Below, piece after piece: positions 26,433-37,446 of a stretch of DNA of 64,000 bases (position 1 is the stretch's first letter; every line of letters begins with the position of its first letter). Under the pieces are notes generated by a model. It had not been told where the DNA came from, searched no databases, and saw nothing but the letters and a program-made list of their open reading frames with translations. Origin of the DNA: Sphagnum compactum (lineage: Eukaryota); NCBI GenBank assembly GCA_965153455.1, contig OZ234493.1, positions 4,650,001 to 4,714,000 of the forward strand, read 5' to 3'. The position numbers and the translations under genes were made by a program.

Positions 26433-27814
26433 TGATAGCCATTTTTGCCTACACTAATACCTTTTTTTAGTGCTGGAAAAAATGGATGATAGACACAACA
26501 TAAATTCCAAGCAACCAATGACATGAGGCAACAATTAGCCAATAGGCACAATGTCTTTTTCATGGGGGGGAGGGTTTGCCCACCATGTTTCCAAGTTTCC
26601 AATACATTGGCCAACATATGCTTGATAACACCAAACTTAATCCCATAACCTTTGCCCAAGTTGAACTCTAATAAACAAAATAGCTGGGCCAAAGGGAAGA
26701 AATTCTATAATTTCAATTTGGGAATGCAAACTTCTATTTGGGAAAGTGTCTAAACTTTCAAAATTTATTTTGTGATGAGCTAATCAAAGTGAGTCATTGC
26801 AAAAATAAAAATTGAACTTTGGGGTGCACACGAAAACTAATTAATAGAACTAACAAATAAGTACCCATTACTAATTCAATAGACACTAATGGAGGAAAGA
26901 CAATTCCAAATGATGTTCATGTGAATTTGTTACCATGTGCACATTGATTGAAATGATGTCATGGGTTTGGTTACAAACATAGTAAGGTAAGCAAGGTATT
27001 GATGGACGGGGTAGCCCAAATGTGTAGTTTATTGGAATAATGGCAAACAAAACATGAGATGATAAATTTTATTGTTAACCATGTTTTCTTCTTATGGACA
27101 TGTATGATGTTCCAACATTGGTGAATGTCAAAAACTTGAAAGTTGTCCTGAAGCTCTTTTCCAAGCTTGTCAATCATCTTTTAGACTACTTAATATGAAG
27201 AGCATATTTGAAAGATGAAATTGTTGGAAACGAGTGAGGTGGTGCTAACATGAATTGTTTTCTAAGGAGGAATCAAAATTTGTAATTTTGATGAGAATCC
27301 AATGTGCTCAAGCTACACGGAAAGACCAAGGTGGGTTGTTGATTTGATTATTTTTTTGATTTGTATTGTGTGAGGGCTATTTAATTGTTGTTGAACATCT
27401 TTGTGCATTGCAAGATTGTGTTCATTAATTATTTGTTGCATGCTTATTAATGCGACAATTAAACACCCAAAATCAAACACTTTTGTTTGTTTGTGAAGTT
27501 AGAATTACCTATTTAAAAAAATCCTTCAAGTGACACCAATAAGTGTATGTGTGTGTTCCCAAACCCCTTTAAAATATGGTCCAAAAGAAATGGGTCCTTG
27601 CATGGCCAAATGTTCATCTACGCGTCCAGTCCTAAGCATGCATGTGAACATGCAATTGTGTGCGATTGTTGACCAGCTACATCCAGAACAACTGACGTGT
27701 TCGGTTACTGGCTGATGTGCGGTGATGGACCAGCTTACCCTAATACTAGCTACTTACAAACCAGGGTTCTTTGCACATTGTTTGCTTGTGCACATTTTTT
27801 TTTAAAGATTTTTT

Positions 27815-27990
27815 TTAATGCAGCCTAAGTGGCCTTCATCCACAGGAAGAAAGATGTTAGATGTAAAAAACTTTTAAAAAATGGTGAGCATCCATGGGAA
27901 GATTTAGCCAAATCTGGCTATAAACCACATGCGGAGTGCAAATCTTTAATCGTCCTTTTATATTTATGGCTACACATTGAAAACCAACTG
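27815..27990 (+). repeat. Copy of the dispersed short repeat family upstream of the HGSNAT-like gene
   Basis: CATCCATGGGAAGATTTAGCCAAATCTGGCTATAAACCACATG...TCTTTAATCGTCCTTTTATATTTATGGCTACAC matches the inverted copies at 13668-13785 and 60225-60385. Confidence 0.7.
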
Positions 27991-28357
27991 TAAAAACTCC
28001 ATGATTTAAACTATGTTTTTGCCCTCACTTCTTAGGATTCAAACTGTCTCCAAAACCAATCCAAAAAAAATAATTTTGATATTTAATTTCACTTTGGCGA
28101 AAAGGCTTTAAAAAAAAAAACACAAGACTACTCAATAGCTAGGCTATTGACAATGTGAAAAAATCTGCTGAAATTCGTAAATTTCACGGCAGGCATTTAA
28201 TTTACCACGATGCCTGGCGTAACCAGAAATTAGGGTTTGGAGCTTGAAGCTTTCGCACGGCTCCTTGCCTTGTTTTGCTTGCTTCCTTGTGTCCCGACCA
28301 TCTCTCTCTTCTCGCTCCCTTCTTCGGCTTGTATATATATCCCTTGGGGAATTCTGC

Positions 28358-31300
28358 ATGGCGGAGGAGCAGCAACGTCGCAGTGGAGATGGGAGGGTGG
28401 TGGTGGTGGTGGACAGTGATGCGGAAACCGTAGCGGATTTGACGCGTCCGCTGGTAAGCAGGACTGATTACAGGGAGCCGCGGGAAGAGGCCACGGGGAC
28501 CCTCGGCGTTCCTGCTTCTACTGCTTCTCGCAATGTTGGGAAACCTCCGCGTGTGGCTTCCCTCGACGTTTTCCGGGGACTTTCCATTGCGGTAAGTTTG
28601 TGAGACAATTCGGGAGTGAGAGTGGTTTAGTTTTTGTATCAGGCGAGTTTTTTGTTTCCTCAGTAGTATTGGATCACAACCATAGATTGGAAGGGTAGAT
28701 ATTTTGGGAAATGGCTGTTCGTATGACCGTCCATGCAACTGCTTTTGCAACGCGTGTGAAAATTTGGAGGTGTTTTGAGAATTGACTGATTTCTATATTT
28801 ACTTAAGGATTGAATTGTTCCAGAACAATGCAGTTCAGCAAGGGTGTAGGGTTTTTCACAATTGGTAGGAAGATGTCAGAGGGATTGTCCTTGGAATGCA
28901 TTTGGAGATAGCATCCGCTTGTCAGTGGACACGACTAGGTGTGGAGTACTCGTCAAATTGGACACTGCCTACATTTTTGTTGGTCCTATTGGGGGGCTAA
29001 ACTAGCCTGCACGTTCCACAATAATCATGAGTTTGATTGCAGGATGTTTGAAGATAGTGCAAATGATTTGTGCTTGGCCAAGTGCCAAATGTCTATGTGA
29101 AGCTGAGTTTGTTGTGGTTGGTTTGCAGGGGATGATATTGGTGGATAATGCAGGTGGTGTGTGGCCATCTATCAACCATTCACCATGGAATGGTGTGACA
29201 CTGGCTGACTTTGTGATGCCTTTTTTTCTCTTTATTGTTGGGGTTGCCCTAGCTCTTACATATGAGGTAAAAGTTATATGTCCTGCTGTGTTCAACTTTC
29301 TTCAAATCTTACAGAAATTCTGTCTGTGAACCCTGCAGTGCAAGAATGCTGTAGAACACACTCCAACAAGCTAAATGGAGTCAGGTCACTTAATGGCATG
29401 CAATTTTCAGCCAATATCAACAAGCTTCTGAATTTATGTCTGGGCTGCTTTTTAGTATTGTGTTTTATCATCTGCACTAGGACTCCACTGTCACTGCTGA
29501 TTACAGAACCTCACATGGCATACAGAGAATTCGTGATAGGAAGGCAGCAACACAGAAGGCTGTTGGCCGTGCAGTGAAACTCTGCATATTGGGAATAATT
29601 CTACAAGGTTTGTTTGCCTTACCATCCCTTCATTCTGATAAAACTTGGAATCTAAAAGGTCAAATTTGTGCTATATCTTATGGTTTCATTTTAAGTGGCA
29701 TTTCTGTGTATCCTTGTGCACCCCGTGTATTGTAGGATGTCGAGATGTAGTCTTCAGCTACAAGTTCAAGCTTGTACAATGTCAGCATCTGGACGTCCCT
29801 GTACTGCAGTTCATATGATTTGTGAACATTCTCTTGATTTTGCTCTTTCTTGTGATGTGTTGGACACAGTAACTGAGTTCATGGGGCATCTTGTAGGAGC
29901 AGTATATTCCACTTTACTGCCAGGAATAAAACTGCAAATCTGAATTTTACAGGTGGTTACTTCCATGGTCTGAACAATTTAGCATATGGAGTGGACATTC
30001 AGCATATACGATGGTGCGGGGTTTTGCAGGTGAGTTTTGAGGTGTATTCCTTTTTGCTGTTGACTTTCTTCTCAACACCTGCAGTAAAGTCTGATGCACT
30101 CTGCTTTACTGGTTGACATAGTTTGGAGTGCCATTTTGCAATTTCTTTAGGTGTGTAATTGAGGTGTCCCCATGGTTGGTTGCTGGTTGCCATGGCAGAG
30201 AATAGCATTTGGCTTCCTATTGGTAGCACTCTGTGAAATATGGGCACCAAGAGGTCCTTTTCACAACATACCTGAGGGAACACTGGGAATCTGCAAAGTC
30301 TACTATGTTCATTGGTTGGTCCTCTGCTTTACATGATTTTCAATTGCTGTTTAGTATTGTCTGCCTACCTACTGCTGGAAAATTTCTTCCTTGGACCACC
30401 TACTTTGTTGAGGACCAATTGAAATGAGAGAACTGCCTCCATTTCTTCAGTAAGAGATGTAGTGTTCCTAGGCAGAGATGCAATCAACCCTGGTGCTCAT
30501 GGTAGAGGGCTTGCTTGTCAGGGTGGTGACAGCAACAATATTTGTGACATATTTGGCACTTCTGTATGGCATGTATGTGCCAGACTGGGAGTTTCTGCCT
30601 CCATCTCCAGCCTCAAACTCCACTCTCATTCAGGCGAGCAGTGCTCTCACAGTGAGTGTGGTTGGAAAATATCTGCTTAAAAAAAACCTGCACTTGTCAA
30701 GGTAGATCAGCAGGATCACCTTGGTCCTCATTTTGTAGTTCATAGTGTTTTTCCTGAGTACTCTGTTCCACTGCATTGTCATTCTGGAGCAGAAGATGTA
30801 TTGATCACGCAAAGTATCATAGCAGGTATTACATCACACGTAGAGCATTTGCATGTGCTGAACTCTGTTGATAACACAGAAAGGGGTAAGAAAACTGTGG
30901 CAGTAGTAGACTTTGCACTTTACCTTGTTTTCCTTCAAGTGTAGATTCCACTCTAGGGGTGAAGACCAGTGTTTTATTATGTATAGAAATCAGAATGGCC
31001 TCTCAGTAGGAGGACCATATTCCCATATCTTATGCTGTCATGGTTCAATTGAACTTGTCAAGGTCAAATGTGGAGTGAGAGGGGATGTTGGACCAGCCTG
31101 CAATGTGGTTGGCTACCTGGATCGCACCCTGCTTGGCATCAACCACTTGCACCCACGGCCTGTGTATCAGCGCACTCCTGTGTGTTTTTGATGCCATCTC
31201 AAATGCACCTTTTTCCATTGATTTTCCTGCCTGACGTTTCTTGCCCTCACCAGGGGGCCCTGTGCAACAAGACATTTTTATAGTCTTAAATGTCTTCTTC

Positions 31301-33323
31301 TTTCTTCTAATTCTCAGATGGTTTGTGGGACAGGATTGTAGCACAAAATCACCAGATTATGGGCCTCTTCCACCAGGAGCTCCAAACTGGTGCAAAGCAC
31401 CATTTGATCCTGAAGGTCTTTTAAGGTGAGGTCTTGCTTCTGTTAGAGTTTCTCTGGTGTTCACATTGTTGAAGTATAGATGCGCATGCCTTCTTTCTTA
31501 AATGTCTTCTCTTGAAGGTCATCCCTTACCATTCCATTGTCTGTGTATGCAGCTCACTGTCTTCAGTTGGTAGCTGTTTTATAGGCTTGCATTTTGGCCA
31601 TGTTCTGGTTCACTGCAAGGTTTGACTTCCCTTTCTGATCTCCAACTGAATATGTACATGTTGGCCTCATAGAAACTTTTTTGGTTCTTTCTGCGAGGTG
31701 TACAGTAGAAACCAGACTTAATGTCAATCAAGCGCTGGGACACTTGAGTTGTATGCAGTAATGTGTGATTTGTGGTTTGCGGTGTTTGTAGGAGCACTAT
31801 TCCAGAATTTGGCACTGGTTCTTTCCTGCTCTTGGACTATTAGCTGTGGGACTGATGCTACACATATTAGGTGTGTGCCTTTTTGCATGTTCTACCCTCA
31901 ATTATCAACTGATCAGTACCAAATTAAACTCTGGGTAGGGCCGGCAAGGTGAACAGTCTGTGCAATTTTCCGATGCTCTCTCTGAGAGTTTTGCACTGTT
32001 CTGTTTGCAAGGTTCCCTTAAATCTGGCAATGCTCTATGGAACAGTTGTATTGGTCTCCAGTTGTGAGCAAGTTTCAAGACACCAGGCACATTGTACCTT
32101 ATGTTGGCTTGCTTGGGTTGGAGAGTGGTGTAGCTTTTTTCTGTGAGGCTGTTGTGCATGGGTTGGCTACTATGTTACAGAATGGCCGCATATGTGTTCA
32201 GGCAAGCAGTTGCCATTGTTGTGTTGTCTGCCTGCCAGCTGGCTGGCAGTACATGGTTGCTTTTTGAGGAAAATCCTGCATTTCATCTGAATGTTATTGA
32301 GGTCTGTAACATGCTCTAATTTTCAGGAATGGAGTTCAACAAGCCACTCTATAGCTTTAGCTATTTGTGCTTCACAGGAGGTGCTGCTGGGCTTGTTTTA
32401 ACAGGCTTCTATCTTCTGGTTTCTCCCCTCCTCTCATTGTTTCACCCTGAACAAGTCAAGAGTCCCTTTTATTTTGGATGTCCATTTAATGTTATGCAGA
32501 AACATGTGAAACTCTTTTGTTTCTTAGAAGCATGGCTTGATTTGACGACTTGAACTTGGTCTAGTATTTCACAGTTTTAAAGGGCTCCTGTTTACCATCT
32601 TGGAACTTTACCAAGGCACAACTTGCAATAGAAGCTAGAAGGAACAAGAGCAATATGAAAGAAAGGGACAACAGGCTGATGACTCCCAAGAGCTATGTTC
32701 CAGATAGAGTCAAGGAACATTGGAGTTTCATATTTGATGATATTTCACTTTAACTGCAGGTTGATGTACATGGGTGGAGACAACCCACATTGCTTTTAGA
32801 ATGGATGGGCATGCATGCTCTTCTCATGTATACTCTAGTTGCCTGTGGTGTCCTCCCAGCTGCTCTGCAAGGTTTCTATTGGGGATCTCCTGACAATAAT
32901 CTGGTATCTCTCCACATCCTTCTCACTCTTCATCATAGCAGTCTAGAAGTCTGTTCTTTACTGAGCTGGAGTTCTAAGGAACATGAATTCAGTGGTATTT
33001 GGAGCTTGTGAAAAGCAATATCATGGAGAGCTTCTTCAGCTGGTCTTTTTTATTAAGATCTTTGTCTGGGATCATATTGGAAGTAGTTACTACTTTGGAT
33101 TTGTATAGTTAGTTGCCCAACAGTCTATTGATTGTGGATCTGTTCTTGTTCTGGTCAGCTCTTCTGACTGCTTGAGCTGAAACACCAAGCTTGAGGAGAC
33201 GATTCTATCACAACCTGATAAATTTCAATTCAGGATCCATTTGCCAGCAGTAGACTGTGCACTTTCTCTTTTGTGATCTTTCTTATTTTGTAGATGGTGG
33301 TGACCAGGCAAGGGTTTGAATGA
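28358..33323 (+). CDS. HGSNAT: Heparan-alpha-glucosaminide N-acetyltransferase-like membrane protein, 13 exons: 28358-28591, 29129-29266, 29526-29607, 29953-30029, 30199-30314, 30522-30651, 31063-31179, 31334-31425, 31553-31619, 31792-31870, 32327-32418, 32760-32903, 33294-33323 (~465 aa; last exon tentative)
   Basis: Motifs RVASLDVFRGLSIA, MILVDNAGG, INHSPWNGVTLADFVMPFFLFIVGVAL, LQGGYFHG, IRWCGVLQRIA, YGMYVPDW, CGVRGDVGPACNVVGYLDR, APFDPEGLLSSL, NKPLYSFSY and LLEWMGMHAL. All introns are GT-AG and the joined length 1398 nt is in frame. Confidence 0.92.
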
Positions 33324-36317
33324 CGAGGGCTGTTGTGTTGTGATGGGCAGATTGCATGGATAGTGGTGCATGGGCCATGGCATTATTTCCAAGGCTTCAA
33401 TTGAACATAAATATCATTTTTTGTAATGATTTTATACTTCAGGTAACAGATATTCCCTCAAAGTATATATCATTTGATACAAACATGTGTGTGTAGATGG
33501 GATGTGGAAACATATGAAATATGGTAGTATCCACCCAAATTCAAATCCTAATTTCAACAGATTAGTTGATTCATTGACTTTGTTTATGAGGTAGTTAGCT
33601 GACTAGATACTCTGACATATAGCCAGATTAACCTAGTTTGATGACTAAATTTAAATTCTTTTTTTCATTCAAATAGTGATTGTGCCAATTGATCATGATT
33701 AGCAACATGGTTGGCATGGTGTACAAAACAGTTGGTCATTTATGACATATCCATGATCATTCATGATATGCCATTAACAACAAGTCTTCACAAATCAACC
33801 AAATTGACAAGGACATAGATGACCATATGTTTTGTTTTGGTCATAGATGGTGAGATATGTATTGCTAAATCAAATTCTTGGTTGTAAACTTTGGACATTT
33901 GAGTGGATTTTTGTAGTAACGAAAGCACAAGATGAGTATATTTTGTTAGAATTTTTTTGTCGAATGCCAAATGATTGTTAATATGTCTTGAGAATATGAC
34001 ACACCACCAATGATATACACACTACCAATGACAATGAAGGAACATTAGGTTGGAATATGACCATGAATAATATGATACTATATGGAGTTGAATTTTGATA
34101 AATTGTTTTTGTTCATATGAGGACATATGTACATAATGGTTGTTGATGTAGATCTGGACAAATACATTAAATGAGCATAAGGTGGATAAGAAGCATGGTG
34201 GGTATTTAGGGAATGGTGATAGCTATTTATTGTTTATGTTGTTTTACAAATATAATCATAGTTGGGATATATTATATTTAGATTATTTTGGTTTAAGTTT
34301 GAGTGCCATATTGATTGCATATGTTATTCTGAAAACACCATATTATGTTTGTTGCATGACATTTGCATGTGTACTCTTTTAAGTGTTTAACATTGATTGA
34401 TTACTAGCAAGTAGTTGTATGGTGTCATATAGTAAATTTTTAGTTATTGGTGTAGTTGAATTGTATATTGTGAAATGTAGATGAAGAGTCGATGTGTCTA
34501 TTTTGATCAAGATTAATGATTGTTATTGTTAATCAATGGTAATTATTGTCACAAGGAATGAATTTGAAAGTTTAAAAATGTGTAGAACCAAAATGAAACT
34601 AGAATTGGAGCATAGGATTCAATTATAAAAAAAATCTAAAGTAGGATAGGTTATGAACATCCCAAGGTAGATTTTACATTTATTAACTGTGGTTTCTAGA
34701 AAATTGTTGAAAGTTTCTCTAAAAATTAGCAAAGTGATGACATATTGCCCTCAAACTAAGAAGGACATAAAAAACTTGGCAATATTTTTTCTAAAATCAA
34801 AGTTCTTTTTTGTTTCGGGGTTATTTTTGTAGAAAAAAGAGGTACTTGCAATAGTTCACTAGTGTTGGATTTTTTAAGCTTGAATTGGACAACACCAATT
34901 TGAATGTTACATACCATTTTACACATTGGCAAATTCTTTGGGAAATTTTAATCATTTGCCAAGAAATGATATCCAAAACTAGGTGTGTTGCAATCTTGCT
35001 AGGACAAAAATAATACTTCAATGCCTTAAAACGAAGGAAGGGGAAAATAAAATCATACCATGCAAAAAGGTCATTGATCATCAATATTACAAGATCACAC
35101 ATAATAGGGCCACATTGAAAATTATCCAAGTAACTTGCATTGCAATGCATAATGACAACATGTTTTGAAAAATAACTAAGCCAAATGAAACCAAATTAGA
35201 TATTCATATTGGATTTTGCCCCTTGTACTTGGTGTCATCATTGATGTATATACATATCATTCCAAAATTTTGGGGCTTGGTCTTCAAGGCAAGGGTCCTA
35301 GCCCTCATGGCTAAAGAAGCTATGAACCGTATTGGCTTTGAGTGGCATGACACCCTTATATATATATATATGACTTGATCATTTTTTCTCTAGATTTATT
35401 GAAAGTCTATGGTTTCAAGTGGTTCATATGTATGTATGTATGTGTGTGTGTGTGTGTAATTCAAATTATATAATTATCTGTTTTTAAAAAAAACATGAAA
35501 GGGCACATTAACATGTGCATTTTCATGTCCATGTTATATAGTAAAATAAAAATTGAAATTGACATAAATAATGATGAACTATTGGAAACCATATGGGAAC
35601 ATACGAGGGAAATTAAAATTGAGGGAGGGGAGAAAGTGATATTATTAAATTGATAAACCTCCATCTCCTTTACCATATTTTATCTTTTCTTCACATTTTC
35701 AAAATGTAGAGATTTACTTAACTATTAAAATACATTTCATAATTCTAGAGCTTTTTCCCCAACCACAGGGTCCTAGTTGGGGCCCTTAAAACATCCTAAG
35801 AAATTTCCTAGTGTACTTGGAAGGCAACTTATGAGGCAAAACTTGGGCATTGCCTCATCCTAAACCCTTTATTTTGGGAATGCACCCACCTTAGGGCTTT
35901 ACCTTCCATATAAATCTCCAAGATGATAGTCCTAACATTGATGCCTAAGGAAGAGGCTCTAACTCTTGAGCCACACGGGCAATGGCTGTTATTTGATACT
36001 AGTGGGTACCCGTGACCTTCGGACACTGTGAAGTCCCCCGGATTTTTTAAACCATATTTATTTTCTTTAAACCGGGAGCATGCCTCTCCCGGGCAAGACG
36101 GTTCCGGCGGATGCGCAGGTCCTCCAAAGGGGCCTCCTCTTCCTCTTCGTTCATTGGTTTAATGAGGGTTGTTGTGTTGAAGGGGGGGGGGGGGGGGGGG
36201 GAGATAGGTGAAGAGGTCCGTTCTGTGGGAAAGGTAACCAGGGAAACAAAAGGGATCCCAAGTTCTAGTGTAAATCGGGAATTTTTTTTGTTTCCCTAGT
36301 GTAAAGTCGACTAAAAT

Positions 36318-37229
36318 CTAGTGGGTACCCATGACCTTCGGACACGGTGAAGACCCCCCTTTCTTTAAACCTGGTTCATGTTTTAGTTTTTCCTAGAAAC
36401 TTTTATCTTATTTATTTATTTATTTATAAGTGTTTTCTGTTTTTATTATTATTTCGTATAATAATAATAAAGTGTTTCTTTTTCATTTTTGTATTTTTGT
36501 TTATTTGGATGCAAGTTTGAAGTTTGGAGAAAGAAGACGCACCTCATTCTTTTTCAAGTAGGGTTTTTTTTCATTATTATAAGTTTTATTTTTTTCTTAT
36601 TTTTTACTCTTTATTTGGTTTCTTCATTTTTTTAAAAAAAATTTGTCTTTTAAAATTATTTTATTGTATTTCCCTTTCTTTGTTTCATTTGTTTCCATGC
36701 CTTTTTTATAGTTTTATAGTTTTTACTTTTTTTTTGTTTATGTTTGTTTCATGTTTTTATTTTTTCTATTCTTATTTTGCCTATCTTCATTTTTTTTCTA
36801 TTTTATGCATTTATTTATTTATTTTGTTTCTATTTTCTTTTTCAAAAAGATTCTAGTTTTTCAAATATATTTTATAATGAAAATAATTTTAAAAAACTTT
36901 TGTATTTTTGTTTGATTAGATGTAGGTTTGAAGTTTGTAAAAAGAAGACAAACCTCATTTTTTTTTCAAGTATGGTTTTTTTCTCTTTCTTTTGCTCTCT
37001 GTTTATGTTTTTATTTTTTTTCTAGTTTTTTCCCTTTTAAAAATATATATTTGTTCTGTTTTTTTCTTTTTGGTTACAACTTTGTTTCATATTTTTAATT
37101 TATTAATAACTTGTTTTCTTCTTTTTTAATTTGAAAATTTTAATTTGTTGTTGCCGCTTTCGTCGTCCTCCTCTTCCATCATCTTCTTCTTCAGGGATGA
37201 GGAAGTTGGATGGATGGAAAGGACGACCA
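36318..37229 (-). repeat. Left arm of a long inverted repeat (non-autonomous Helitron module, T-rich on +)
   Basis: Reverse complement aligns with 42823-44032, including the GC block TGGTCGTCCTTTCCATCCATCC...GAAGAAGAAGATGATGGAAGAGGAGGACGACGA and the block CTTGAAAAAGAATGAGGTG...CAAACTTCAAACTTGCATCCAAATAAAC. Ends in hairpin-CTAG at 36318. Confidence 0.9.
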
Positions 37230-37292
37230 TCGCAAGCCAACAAAACCACCGATATGTTTTTCTTTTTTTTTCCTCTGACGAAATTAGTTTAG

Positions 37293-37382
37293 GCCTCGGC
37301 AGGAATGGAGGCCCTGAGGATTATGATTTCTGGAGTTCCGGCATCTGGAAAGGGGACGCAATGTGAGCTCATTACAACCAAC
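37293..37382 (+). pseudogene. ADK: Captured exon of a plastid-type adenylate kinase (P-loop), with upstream intron acceptor
   Basis: Translates as ASAGMEALRIMISGVPASGKGTQCELITTN, matching the plant chloroplast adenylate kinase motif LKIMISGAPASGKGTQCELIT. Preceded by a pyrimidine tract, a CTGAC branch-point-like motif and TTTAG (37288-37292). Confidence 0.85.
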
Positions 37383-37446
37383 TTTGCTTTCAACAGACCT
37401 CTTCACCTATCTCCCCCCTTTCAACACAACAACTCTCATTAAACCG

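Noticed and set aside
36524-37025. Phe/Leu-rich membrane-like ORFs (also 43067-43656 minus)
   Set aside because: Artefacts of T-rich low-complexity DNA in the Helitron inverted arms.
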